Source: Klebsormidium nitens
Lineage: Eukaryota; Plantae; Klebsormidiophyceae
Length of the DNA: 64,000 bases
Assembly: GCA_000708835.1 (NCBI GenBank)
Contig: DF237334.1
Location: 25,316-89,315, forward strand
Reading direction: 5' to 3'
Shown one piece after another: positions 11,321 to 24,296 of the stretch (positions are counted from its first letter, which is position 1; each line of letters opens with the position of its first letter). The translations under genes were made by a program, and so were the position numbers. Under the pieces are notes generated by a model. It had not been told where the DNA came from and did no database searches. It was given only the letters and a program-made list of their open reading frames with translations.

Positions 11321-14300
11321 AAAGCGCAGGAGGCCAAGGAGGAAGAAGAACGCAAGGCGCAGCTTCTGAAGGACAAGGAGGACTTGGAAGCGGGGGGTCC
11401 ATTCTCGCGTGCTAGGACAGACGAGGAGCGGAAGTTGCAGGCGGCCCGGCGGAAGGAACACGAGGTTGCGAGGGCGCAGCTGTTTGCGGGGAGGGAGGAG
11501 GCCCCCATAAAAGCAAATGGAATCCACGAAGGGGAAGGCAGGAATGGCGAGGAGTCGCGGACAGTTGGGAGTTCGCCGAGCAGAGCTAGAGGGGTGGGGC
11601 CGCCTGGCAAGTTCAGGGACGGCGGGCCGCGGGAGAATGGTGCGCTTCGGCAGGAGAATGGGACGGGGCGGTTCCGGTTTGAGAATGGTGATGCTGAAAG
11701 GGCGCAGATGAAGGTGAGGGGCTTTGGAATGCGTGCATCCGTTCCTTTGTCTGATTATAAGTGGGGGAGGAATCTGGAAGCTCAACAATCTGTGGGCGCG
11801 TGAGAAGAGGAAGTCAAGATCAGACACGAGCTTTCTCGGGCAGAGATGCAGGTACTCTGTTTTGGCGCCTCGCCAGGTCGGGTCACGCTTGATTGAAAGG
11901 CTGCCTGCTGTCTGGCTGGCGAGATAAGTCCATTCATGAGAAGCAGCCCTCTGCTTACTGTCAGCAAGATAGTCTGCAGGTCGCAACATGGGTGCTTGCT
12001 GTAGGGCCCATTTGCTTTAGGGTGCGCGTAGACCGAAATGCTGCAAAAAGCTTTTCCAGATTTTTTTGCCAATCGGAAGGCTTTCAAGATCCACGTGGGA
12101 ACCCAAGGTATGTACCAGAGGAGCTGTATGGGTTGAAAAGTACCCTACCTTCTACCTGTCGGTACTGCAAAGGCAACAGGGGAGGCCAAGTAGGTTATCG
12201 GTCCACGCGCAACCTTACCTGTTGGAATCGCGCACACAACAAGGACAGAGCAGGAACAAGCCCGACAGAATGTTGTCTTCATTGCAGCAGTGAACAGGAC
12301 TCATTGCTCCTGAACGACAAGCATTTGCTTCCTATTCGGCTAGGGGGGTTTACATAGGGGGGTCTTCCCTGATTCCCCTGCCTCTTACTCTTTCCACCCC
12401 CCCAAGGTCTTAGTCTTTCTCCCCCCCCACACGTTTGCAGGAGTCACCAGGCAACTTCTCCCCCGTAAGCCCTCTGACGGCTGCCGCCAGCAGCAGCAGC
12501 AGCAGCCCCTCCTTACAGGGGGTCCCGATGAACGGCACGTCCTCCCCCCTCTCAGACCGAGCGTCGCCCCCCCAGGGGGGCAAACCCAAGCCCTCAGAGG
12601 GCAGCTTCAGCTCCCCCCTGTCTGGAAACCCGCTCCTGTCAACCCTCTCGGAGCTGTCGAAAAACTCGGTACAGCCGACGTCCACTGCGCAAGATGCGGG
12701 GGAGACAAAACGGCCGCTCGCGAGGCCGCTGAACATCAGCTTTATGGGCAGTTATAACAGGGAGAGGGCAGAGAGCGACGAGCTGAAAGAAGGGGCGAGG
12801 GCGGCGTCGCCACGCCCCCGGGGGGGGGCAGATCCGGATGTCCAGAAAGAGCTCGTGAAGACGCCGGCGCGTGAGGAGGTTAAGCAAACCAGCACACAGG
12901 TCAAGCAGCACACCGCAGAGGTTAAGCAAACCAGTCTGGAGGTTAAGATTCCTGAGCCGGTGGAAGAGCCAGAGGGGCCGACGGCGGCCTCGCCGTTCCG
13001 CCTCACGACCAGCCCGATCTACATGCCCCCAGAACCGAAGGTGCGGCGACCGCTGCCCCCCCGGGAGGAACACGAGGACGAGATTCCGTGGGCAAAGGAC
13101 AGCATGATGCGGCGGGGGGGTTGGGCGAGCATGATCATGGATGAGAGTACGTACAACCTGCCGCGCATCGCCGTACGGGTTTCGTCGCCGGATACGGGGC
13201 TGGGGGGGGGGCGGTGTCCCCCCGGTTTGCGTCCCCGGGGGTCTCTCCAAGGTACCCGAACGGCAGCCGCAGCCCCCGACACGCGGCGCCGACGCGCGCG
13301 GTCAGGGGGCTGAAAACGCCGGAGAAGCAGCCCCCCAAAACGAGGTCGCCGGGCAGCTTCTCGGCCCCCCTGGTGCGAACGGAGCCGCCAGGGGGCCGCA
13401 GCCCTAAGCAGGGGTTCATGAGGGGGACAGCGAGCAGCAAGGTGAAGACAGCGAATGCAAAGGAGGGGGGGAGAATCAGGACCAGTAGTACCCCCCGGAA
13501 AAAGATTCTACCGCCAGTGGAGGCCAAAAGAGACGACGCTTTTGCTGGTGAGGGTGGGAATATGTCGGAATTACGTTCTGAGTTTGTATTTGTTTGCTTT
13601 CGACTTTGTGCTTGTTTGCATTTACCCATTGGCTGACTGATTGATAGACTGTTTTGACTCAACTAACTAAATTGGAATGATCAAGATCGTGTTCATGTTC
13701 TGAGAAAGTGACAGCTGGCGGCTGAAGTTGGCATTTTTAAAGGCCTTTCTGTCATCCAGATTCGGAACAGACCCTGTGAGCCCTGTACACCAAGAGCTGC
13801 CAGACCCTGGTATTCTTGCTTTCTTTTTGGATTGTTCGTGTTGAGGAAAGCCGTTGTCTCTGCTTGGTTGTTGACTTGACAAGTTGTGCAGAACTCTATC
13901 ATGTTTGGTGTGAGCATACCCAAAAGAAGCGCCTCTTCAAGAAAAGCATAACACATGTAAAGGTGTTCAATGTCGGAGTGATAAGGGTTTGTGAGGACAA
14001 AGCTTTTACTGGTCCTCTTTCATTTGACAGGCTCTATCAGTCTTGCCGTTAGTCATTGAAGAAGCAGGACAGACACATGCTGGAAGTGACCTCGATTTAG
14101 TCTGCCTTCTGACGGTTAGGCTGGCCGTCATCCGACTAAGACACAATCACCAAATGCGAGGTTGTACTAAAGCCCTACCGCCCATCAACGAACAATTTCT
14201 GATCTTCACTTCCCCGACTGTTCAGGCGACAAGCTGTTGGACTTTGGCGCCAGCTTCAGCCCCGCAGAGCGCGGCTCGGAGTTGTTCCTCCGCAAAGCCA

Positions 14301-17300
14301 AGCAGCCCGTCTCCGGCGGGAGAGCCTTTGGCGCTGGAGATCGCCATAACCGTCTTCATCGCAGCGCCAGCTTCCCCGCTGTCGGGGTCACTCCCTCCGA
14401 GATGGCCGAACTCGCAGCGCTCAAAGCGCAGCTCTCAGCCGCGCTCCACATCCCCTCCCCCTCGGCTGCCCGCAGGAAGGACCCCCCGCCTGAAAGCCAA
14501 GCCGCAATACCCGAAACCCTGCTGAAGAGCCCGCTGAAGAGCCCGCTGAAGGGCCCCCAAAAGAGCTTGCTTGTGAAAACAAAGAGCGTTGGGGGGGTGC
14601 CGGAGGTTGATCTTTCCGGGGGGGTAGAGGAGCCCCCAGCTGTCCCAGCAGATGTGCCCCTGGCGGCAGAAGCTGCCTTCTCCGCACCTCTCAAGAGCCC
14701 CAAGTCGCCTTTAAAGGCGCTCTCCGGCGGGGCAGTTGCACAGCCTACCAAGTCCCCCGCCGAGAAGCCGCGCACCGCCTCACCCCGGCGCTCGAGCTCG
14801 CCTCTGCGGAAGCCCGTCGCCTCTCCCAAGGCTGCCTCGCCGAAGGGCCCTGTTCCGACCAAGGACGCGCCTTCCCCCACCTCGGCGCGGAGCACTTCGG
14901 GTCAAACAGGCTCCCCGAGCCCCAGCCCCAAGTCGCCCAGTGTGAAAAAGCCCCCACCCGCCCCCAGGAACAAACCCGTCTTGGAAGTCGACGTCCCCGC
15001 TCGCCCGAGCCTGGTGACCTCACTCCTCGCGAGCCCCGGAAGGGGATCCCCCCGTAGCAGCCCCTCTTCTCTTCACTCCCCCGCGTCCAGCCCCTCTAGG
15101 AGCCCCCTCCGCGCGAGGCGCGCCTCTTCCCCCTCGGGGGCGTCTTCGCTGATGTCACCCACGGCGGCGAGCCTCAACAAGGCAATCCCCGGGAGCCCCC
15201 AGGCGCGATCCCCGAGCCCCAGCCGACTCTCGCGGTCGCAGTCCGTTGGAGGCGACGAGAAAACGCCGTCCCCCCGAATGTCAGCCGTGCGGAGCAACTC
15301 GCTTCCGGTGAATCTCGACAGACTACCGGGGTTGGGCAAGACCCGGCGGGCGTCGAGCCCGACGCCCGGCGTGCGGGCGGGCACGCAAGGGGGCTCGGAA
15401 AAGCGCGTGGGGAGCCCCGGGCGGGCGAAGCTGAAGCCGGCGGTGCCGAAACGGGAGGTGACGAAGAGGGAACTAGGCACGAGGAGACTGTCGGACGTGT
15501 CGTCTGGGTCGAGCGAGGAGTTGGTCGATTTGGGAGAGCCGACGTCGCTTCTGCCCGACGATCTTGCGCCGTCTGAGGAGGGGTCACAGTCCGTGAGTGA
15601 GCTGGTTTCTTCCCAGGGAGGAAGCGGCGAGGTGCCAGCAGAAGAGGCCCTGTCTGATAAGGCTGCAGACAAGGATGCTGACATAATCAGCGACGGGAAG
15701 GATGATGTCAGAAGCAACTGGAAGGCTGACGTCAGCAAAGACGGAGCTAAGCTGGTTGCGGAGGCTGAGGGCAAGGTGGCGGTTCCTGAAGCAGTGGATG
15801 AGGCGGGTCAAGAAGCAGCAAATGATACGCCGACTAGAGAAATTGAACAGATTGGGAGTGGTGGAGAGGGAAACGGTGAAGTTATTAAGGCGGTTCGGGA
15901 GGACGATCAAGAATCCAAGAAGGGCGGGGTGCAGCAAATGGTCGCTTCCGTGAACGCAACCTCCGCTAAATCGAACGAGGCCGCTACTTTCGCTTTTGCC
16001 AAGCACGCTGACGTCATCAAGGTGCAGGAGGTGGAGACCGAGACGCAGGTCGAGTTTGGCGCGGGGGAGTTCCCCTCAGCTGCTAGCCGCGGGCTCATTC
16101 TCGAGGACGACTCGCTGGAGATGCTCCCGGGGGCGCCTCTCGTGGCCGCCAATCGCGTCACCAATCCAGAGGGGGGGGCAGCTTCAGCTGGGACTCCTAG
16201 TGTGCACGGAGGGGGGGAAACGAAACATGGCTCGCTTTCGGAGCCCAGTGCTGAGGTCCAGAGGAAACAAGTGGTGTCGATCAGCGAGAAAGAGCGGCGC
16301 CGGGCCGAGGTCGCGAACCTGCTGGCGGCGTTACAGGAGCGGGAGGAGATCGACTACATTGCGCGCCTCGTGCGCAGGGCGCAGCGCGAGAAGGCGCAGC
16401 TCTCGCGGCCGGCCAGGCCCGAGGACGACCCCCCCAGCGTGACGAGCAGCCTCGACAGCCTGGGGTCGGCCGGGGCGCATTTCGAAAAGGGGGGGGAGCC
16501 CGATGGGGAGAGCGTTCAGAAGGCGGGCGAAGTACATAGGACGAGCGCGGAGAAAGCGCCTGAGGCCCCCAGGAAGAGCTCTGAGGAGGGCACGAAGGTC
16601 TCTACTGCGGAGAAGTTCGACGACATCAGCCCCCCGGAAGCTGAGGGTCCGGCGGGGCTTGCGGGGTGGAGCAAGATTTTGGGTGCGAGCGAGGGGGGCG
16701 AGACGGCGGTGTGGGTGGATGCGGGAGCAAGGGTTTTGGAACCCCCTGAAGAGAAAGCCACGGACGCAGTGCTACAGGCAGTGGAGACGGTTGTCTCTTC
16801 CAAGGGGGTGCCTGAGGAGCCAGAGCGGAGGGTGGTGCAAAGCCGGGCCGAGGTGGGGGTTGTGCAGGGAGAGGAAACCGCAGTTTCCGTTAGCAAGATG
16901 GAGGTGGCTCCCATGGCTGGTGTTCGGGACCGAGGATTGGAGAGCTCGTCCCCTACGGTCGACGCGAAGGTGAGCGATCGCCTTGGTGATTGATTCCGAT
17001 CGGTGGCATACAATAGGATCCTGTTCTTGCCTTCCCTTGTTCAACAACTCAGTGATTTGATTCATTTTGTTGGCGTTCTGTCGGGCCCTGCTTTTGCCCC
17101 TCCCACTGTTCATTCATCCCCTGTCTGTGACGGTTGGGACAACATGTTCTCAATTTGACCTCCTTAGCAGCAGTGCAGGCATTGCCGCAAAATGCTGTGA
17201 AACGCAGATTTGACTGGGGCGAACTTGGAGAAACCGAAAGGCACACCTGGACTTTCAGCAGCTTCATTTCTGGAAGATGCAACAGATCTTATTGGTGCAA

Positions 17301-18716
17301 ACCCTTTGGTTACAGGAGCCACCCCGGCGCAAGGAAAGCGCCACCATCAGCATGCCCGAGAAACCCGCTAGGGGTGCGGCCGAGGGGCCCGAGACCGGGC
17401 TGTGGGACACCCACCCCAGCCCGACGTCTCCGCTGGACTTCCTGGACGAGATGCAGGGTGAGCCGTCCAAACCTTTCAAATTTTGTGGTCGCCGTCTAGC
17501 TTACGGTAAATGACTTTCCACTTGTAATGAAAGTGGCTCGGAAAGTGGCTAGGATCGTCCAAACCAGTCGTCAGTCGTCAAGAGCCGTCCGAACCAAGTG
17601 TTGTGCCGGATGGCTCTGCAAATGCTGTGTCAACCCGTCCACAATGGTCTCTAACCGTCCACAGTTGAAGGGCCTGTTAGCCGTTCTGCCCGCGAGCTCA
17701 CTGCTTCGCTGTTCTTCATCATCAACCTGGCTTTCGAGTTGGCAACACAGCCCACGCCTGAGGTCAAGGCTTCGCCGACCTCCTCTGTTCTGGTGCGTTC
17801 CGTCCGTCCGTTGGCTTCTTCGACCCTTGTCTCAATTTCGTAACTGACTCACCTCATTCGTCCTCCTGCAGACACCCCCGGACCAGTCGCTAAACCGACT
17901 TCCCACGAGAAGTCGCGCTTCCGAAAGGCGCCGAGACCCGACCTAAGGAACCCTGTGGTTTACGTCGAGACCGCGCTCGCACATGCGGGGCTCACGGCGC
18001 CCGAGCCGCACCCGCTGCCCGAGTGGTTTAGCCAAACCGAGGTCCTTAACCCGGCGCTCTTCCAGGAGCTGGAGCGCCAGGTCGACGCGGACCTCCTCCC
18101 GTCCGGTGGCCACCGCAAGGGCGCCACGTGGCGCCTCTCGCTCGACTCGACCGCGCTGCGCGACGCGTACTCGCGGCCGCACACCCCCCGCAAGGAGGGC
18201 TACCCGGACCGCCGGATGCTGTTCGACCGCATGGACGAGGTGCTGGGGGAGCTGCTCGCGCCGCACCGCGGCCCCCCCCTCGGGAAGCGGCGGCTGCGGC
18301 CGTTGCGGCGCCCGGGCCGGCGGCGCGCGCGGCGGCGGCGCGAGTGCGACGGACGACGGACCCCGGCCGGGTCCGGACCGGTCGGCGNNNNNNNNNNNNN
18401 NNNNNNNCGGTCGGCGGCGCGGCCCGGGGCGGACGCTCGTCGCGGCGTGGTCGCGACGTGCGACGACGACGCCCCCGGCCCGGGGGGTGACCCCGGGTTT
18501 GACGCGTGCTCCCCGCAGGGGGTGGAGGAGTTGCTGCAGAAGTGCCTCCCCCAGGCGCAGCGCAAGTGGGACAACTTTGAGGTGGAGGAGGCGGAGGTGG
18601 GGGTGGAAGTGGAGGTGGGCATCCTGGACGATCTCATCGGCGAGGCGGTGCAGGGGTTCATTGCGATGGAGCAACAGAGGGGGGGCCGGCGGCGGGTCCA
18701 CCCGGTCGCTTCTTGA
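11321..18716 (+). CDS. TRM / LONGIFOLIA-like protein with C-terminal DUF4378; at least about 1740 aa; 5' end not resolved
   Basis: Exons 11321-11713, 12441-13547 (needs +1 G in the G10 run at 13202-13211), 14226-16969, 17316-17457, 17872-18716 (contains a 20-N gap). Motifs: HPSPTSPLD (cf. TRM QPSPVSVLD), YVETALAHAG..W...LNPALFQELE, DRRMLFDRMDEVL, EAEVGVEVEVGILDDLIGEAV (M2-like). Long Ser/Pro/Lys/Arg-rich and acidic disordered regions. Confidence 0.8.
18388..18407. other. Assembly gap (20 N) inside the last TRM exon
   Basis: Run of N; both flanks carry cggtcggcg. Confidence 0.99.
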
Positions 18717-19952
18717 AGCGCGTCGGGGGGGGGGTACTCAGACGAGAATTTGGAGGGAGGCGGGGTCGCTGAGTGTTTGAGTGGTTGAAAGGTGGTGGGA
18801 GTCCCACTTCGGGGGCGGAACATCAGTCGCGCGAAGTAGGGGATGGAGGAGGATTGCAATCTGGGCGGGCGTTGGGGGGGTTTACCGTACCAGAAGCTCT
18901 TGACGGACGGCTTGCATGTGTTGACCACGAGCGATGCATCGCGTGTTGTTTGCTGACTATTTATGCTGTTGGGAACGGTAGGAAGTTGTGCCCATTGAGG
19001 CGCACCTCTAAGTAGCTGGGCCCTCTTTTGAAGCAAAGAGCCTGCTGTGGGCAGGAGTGCCGGCCCTGACTAATCGTGGTGACCCGGGCAAGGGTGCTAA
19101 CCCGTTAGCTTGAAACAGGGACAGGGTGTTTGCCGTTTCTGCTTGGACAGACCGCCTTTGGACTTTAAGGCTCGGACCGACGAGTTGAACCTTATTACCT
19201 AAGTAAGACTTGGGCCGAAAGAAACGTCGAGTTGGGCTGCTTGCGGCTTAGTGCTGCCTTGATTGGAGATGATGTACCATAGAGCTAAGCTAGAAGAAAG
19301 TGCGACCACTGGCAAGTTGCACAGGTTCTCTCACCGGCTTGCTTTACTTTATCGTTTAGGAATCGCGTCAAACAATTCAGGGTAGGGCCTTTCGTTTACC
19401 TAGCATAGGATCGTCGTAGGTTTATTGTTTGATTGATGACTTTCTTCTACTCTTGTATTGTACCGTATACGTTGTAGTGCCTTACGATTGAAAGAATCTG
19501 TGTTGTATAGTACATGATAGCTCGGATTTCTTTCGATTCCAATGATGATGGGCGGCCCTAATCACATGTGCATTACTGTTTGTATTGCAAGCCTGAAGAA
19601 GCTATACCAAGGACGCTCGTCGGATGTGTTAGTATCTTGGTTAGAAGCTTGATCCATCCAACTAATCGAAGGTAGCTTGCAAGCATGACTACCTTACATT
19701 TGTGCGCCCGGTCAATTCTGAGTTCAGCAAAGCGGGTGTATACCTCGGTTCCGATCGATCGAGGATGACCATGTCCAGGCAGTGACCAGCACTTGCACCG
19801 TTGCGGTGGCTGTGATTGCATGATTGAGTAGACGGTTGTTGTTGACCTGTTCGACATGCCTTCAAGTTCGCTTTATGGAATGCTTACACAGGTATAGCTA
19901 GATCGCTCGGCCCGGCCCATGACTGAATGAACGATAAATGAACTTTTTCATA

Positions 19953-20500
19953 TATTTGTTATTTGTTATTGTTTGATTAGCGTCGGTTCGGAGCCGTGAT
20001 CGGCTAAGTCGACGATTGTCCTATTACGCTAGCTCGCTTATCTAAAGCAAGATGCACGAATTTACCTACCACATCTGTGTCCTGCAAGTTAAGAAAAGCT
20101 TTCAAGTCTCTATTTCGTCTGTCCTCGAATAGAAACTGAAAGGTCGTTCGAATGTCACTATAACCCGAGCAATCATATACAAAATGACTCTCCGTCTCTA
20201 TTGCTCCCGACTTACAGACCTGGCAATGTCGCTCATCGCGAGCAATCCCTTGCCAACTCCCTGATTCAATAGCGAGCTTGTGTGCTCCCACTCTGAATTT
20301 GGCTAGGGTTGCAAAGTGCGCGGAGACGCCTATTTGATCTAATGAAAGGCTCAAAGGAGTAGCCGATCTTGACTTCACCAAAGTACGTGCAGAACTTTCG
20401 GCCATAACCCTCCCTCGGGTCCTGCATATATGCCATCTCAGACCTCTCTTGAAGCAAAGCTAAGTCCAGAACACCTGTACTTTCGTTTGCTGACACATGC
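19953..20500 (-). mobile_element. 3' fragment of a non-LTR retrotransposon (LINE ORF2 C-terminal CCHC region plus repeat tail)
   Basis: Minus-strand translation LAKFRVGAHKLAIESGSWQGIARDERHCQVCKSGAIETESHFVYDCSGYSDIR is the typical post-RT C-x2-C...H-x4-C zinc finger of LINE ORF2. A frameshift near 20315 separates it from upstream KFCTYFG..; stop at 20004-20006; a short (AATAAC/AAATAAC)-like tail follows on the minus strand near 19955-19978. Confidence 0.75.
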
Positions 20501-23500
20501 GCAAGCATGATCTTTGATGGCAAGCACCGCGCGCTCGATGGACTCTGTCTTTGTACAATTTGCAACTTGGTCACTGCCAAGTATAAGCGGCCCGGGGTTG
20601 AATGGAAGATGGCGCCACTTTGTTTGGGATCGTCCAGCTTGTTCCGACGTGGGCCGCCGCCCGTCATTGTGTATATGTCCGTTGGCGCGGGCGGCTTGTC
20701 CGGTTGCAAACTCTGACGTGAGATTCCCGGAGCCTGCCTGAGCCTGCCGCCGATAGCGACTTATAGTTAGCTCACCTAAAACCTCACGAAACCCTCCACG
20801 CGAAGAGCGGCCGCGGTTTAAGGAATTGGATCGAAATCCAATTCGGCCAGCTGCATCTAGCAGCTTAGTATTGCCATCAAATCCAGGGGGTCACCTGCGA
20901 AAAGGAGCTGAACCATGGAACGACCGGGTCCAAACCTGAAAAGTGGATGCTTTATGAGCACTGGCAGGTAAGCCCCGATCGGATTTCCGGAGGAAGGAAG
21001 CACTTGTCATTGAACAAACGCTTGAACAGAGTCTGCGGGGCAGATGTCTTTGTCGGTTAGAGCTTCGTGACAGATTAACTTGCGGGCATTCTGACTCTTT
21101 CATGCATCAGCCCTGCCCCGATTAGCTTTCGTACCTTTGCCATGACTGCACTCTTCATCGTTGTGAGCTAACACTTTCGCAACTCTGTGTACGTGAATTT
21201 GCAGTGTATACAATCATCTGTTAGTTGTCCAGCGTTGCAAGCTTGTGCTCAATCTTCTGATTTGCTGGTCACGTCGCACATGAGCGTTTGCGATGCATGC
21301 TCAATAAAACGCACGCTTGTTCGCGGAAGAAGAGAACGTGAAAGAACAAGCTCGAATGTGAAGAAGTCTGAGACTCAAGAGACATTCTCCAAGCAGCAAT
21401 GTGCAATTATTCGCAATGGTCGGAGGCGGTCCGTCAATGCATCTACAGGAAGAACACTTTGAGACCGACATGTTCCTTACTTGTTATTGCAGCCTACTCC
21501 AGACCTCTTGGACTCTTCTTTCTTTCCAATAGTCAGTAGATTGTTGAAGCTGCGCCGTGGCCAGACTGCTAGCTTAGAGGAGAAAACGTCCGTCTGGTTC
21601 CTTCTTGAAGCAAAATAGATATTGCACCAGCCTGTACCGTGACTCGACCTGTCGACGATTGACTGCCTGACTGTCGTTTGCAATTTTGCAGGGGTGATGT
21701 AGGGAAGTTTTTGACAAATGTTCGCTGCAATTTGCTGTTGGCGCTGACTGTGGCCCTCAAAGATGCTCGCCCATACTTTGCTGATGGTCTGTATATTCGA
21801 GAAGAACAGGCGGCTGGAAGTGAGGACGGGTTCGTAGGGAACTCTCCATTGCTGTTGCATTCACTTCTCCATTTCAATACAAAAGTTGTGGCAGTACTGT
21901 GAGACTTTGAGCCCAGATTTTCGGGGCACCCTAGAGTTTGAAGCTCTGAAGATATGTCCTTTTTGAATAATCCGAGGTCGGATTTGTACAAGCCCTCGAG
22001 TCACTTCTTGGATCGCGTCGGTGGCTGACTCTTCAACAACCTGATTAAGTACTGAGTACTGAGTGGCCAACTGCCATCTGCTTAATGATGCTCGATGTAC
22101 TGCTCTTGAGCTAAGTAAGTATTAACACGATCAGCTCCCTGCAGACGTGGGCATGTTAGTCGTCCGTACATGCATGTGGAAAGGCCAGGGAATACTAACG
22201 ACCGCTTTCCTTTGTGGGGAGGAGAGACGTGTGGAAGAAGTCGCTGCCAAGTTGGAGCTGGACAGGAAGGTGGCAGTCCTCGTTGTCCCTCTCGCAGAGA
22301 CACGCTTCCTTGTGAAGTCGATTGGAGATTGCACCGCCTCATGGGGGAACGGTTGACAGGTAACATTTCTTCATTGGATTGTCTCGATCAGGCTGATGAA
22401 GAATGGACTTTTCCAAGTTGGTGTATAAACGAGAGACCTGTTCAATGTCGCTTTGGTTGCAACTGATTCATGGATCAGTCGCAGCAACAATCGACTGTGT
22501 TCGCTTAAGGTTCAGGTTAAATCCAGAAAACGAACGAGGCTCTTCGTCAGTTTCGTCTTCAACCTAGCATGGCGCACAAGAGAGGACTATGCCGCCGTTG
22601 CAGCCCCTTAAACAACTCGAAGTTGTCTATCTTTTTTACGGATACTCATTTTGGATTGCTATGAGGGCAACGTTTCATGTATATTTTGCAGGAGATGGGT
22701 GCCAATGATCCTCATACCGTCAGCTTCTCGCTTTCTGTTGTGTAGCCCGAAGCACCTAGACAGGGGACCGTAACACTGAAATTGGACAAACTTGACAATT
22801 GAATAGGTTAGCTGAGCAAAGTAAAGAGTAGAACAGCCCATTGGGGAGTAGGCACTGCCAGCTTGATGATTCGACTTCATGAGTGAACTACGAGTATACC
22901 TTGCCAGTGACGTCCGTCAGTCCGTGCCACTTAATGCAGTGCCCTCGAGCTGCCACCCCGGCGGCCCAATACTAGAACCCTTGATCAGATGAACTTGTCG
23001 TAGCATGTTTCATCTGATCATCTGATGCATAAGTAAGAATTTTGACTCCTTGAATCGGTGTGACATCATTCGACTATTCGACCCTTCGAGTATTGTACCA
23101 CTATACGGAACACACTCCTTCGATTGTGCGGCTCCTGCAGCCAGCTTGTATCCTTGTAGCAGATGAGCATATATCAATCAAATGTATTATTTCGTCTCTC
23201 GTAAACGGTTGAGCGCAGAACGAGACGCTAGTTTGTTCTTCAAGGCCCCTTGCCAAGATGTATTTGGTGTTTTATTGTTGAGTCGGGCGCGCGCGCAATC
23301 GACGCCGGGGCCGCCACTAGGATTAAAGCCTTAAATTTGAAGAGTCTTAGCAGCAGACAGCAAGCAGACAGCAGCTCGACCGCATTACTCGAGTGGAATC
23401 TCGAAAGAGCTCGCGACGCAGTGGATTTTGGGAGTTTGCATGGATCTCGTCATTCATGCACTAAATAGGGCACCAATACGGGACCATTAGTTCCTGAATG

Positions 23501-24296
23501 CTGCGTTTGCTGTGTCCGCGTGGGATTCCGGTCTTCCTTTCAAGGGATGATTCCGGTGGCAAACTTGTGGCCGGAGCGTGCGGAACGATTGTTGAGCGGC
23601 GACCACTACGAACACTGCGAAGTGCATAGCTAGCACTCGGGGTCGCCAAGGACACACAAATTTGGAGGATGAACATGGGCTTCAGCCTTCAAGTTCATGT
23701 TTCAATGCACAGCTAGCTCTGTGGACGGGCATGGCATATTAAAACGCAGCAACGGGGCAACCTTGGAAAAGCTAGGGAGAGCTCATGAGCCGAACCTTCT
23801 TTCTTTAGTGCAGTGAGCCAGGGGGGTTTTGACAAAGCATTCACAATCACGATCTTTTACACATTAGCCCTGCCCCCGCTTGATAAACGACTTTTGCGTG
23901 TGCTTCCCTTGTACATGCACAGCTCTGTCCCGATCCGCACAGTACAGGCAGCGGAGCCGGTTAAGTGTGCATGCGAAGGGTGCGTCAGCTTCAGAAAGAC
24001 CTTGCTCCAGCAGTGGCAAGCGTACATGAAACCCTAGAAGTGAAGCTCAACCATGAGGCGTTAGATCCGGCCACCATGTGCATTCTGAAACCCTTCAAAA
24101 AAGCCAAGCGAATAGGCAGGCAGAACTTGATCAAATTGGTTTATAACAGGCAGGGCTCTCCCAGCCTCTCTGATTTAAAGAGTGGTCGCAGCACCTGTAG
24201 TTGGGAGTAAGCACCACCTTGAGTGACCTTTGCGGATAGTCACCGTCTGCATTTCCTCTGCAGACCGCCTCTTCCAAACTTCCTGCTCACCTCAAG

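Noticed and set aside
11093-11989. 298-aa minus-strand ORF
   Set aside because: Antisense to a TRM exon with good splice sites; low-complexity translation.
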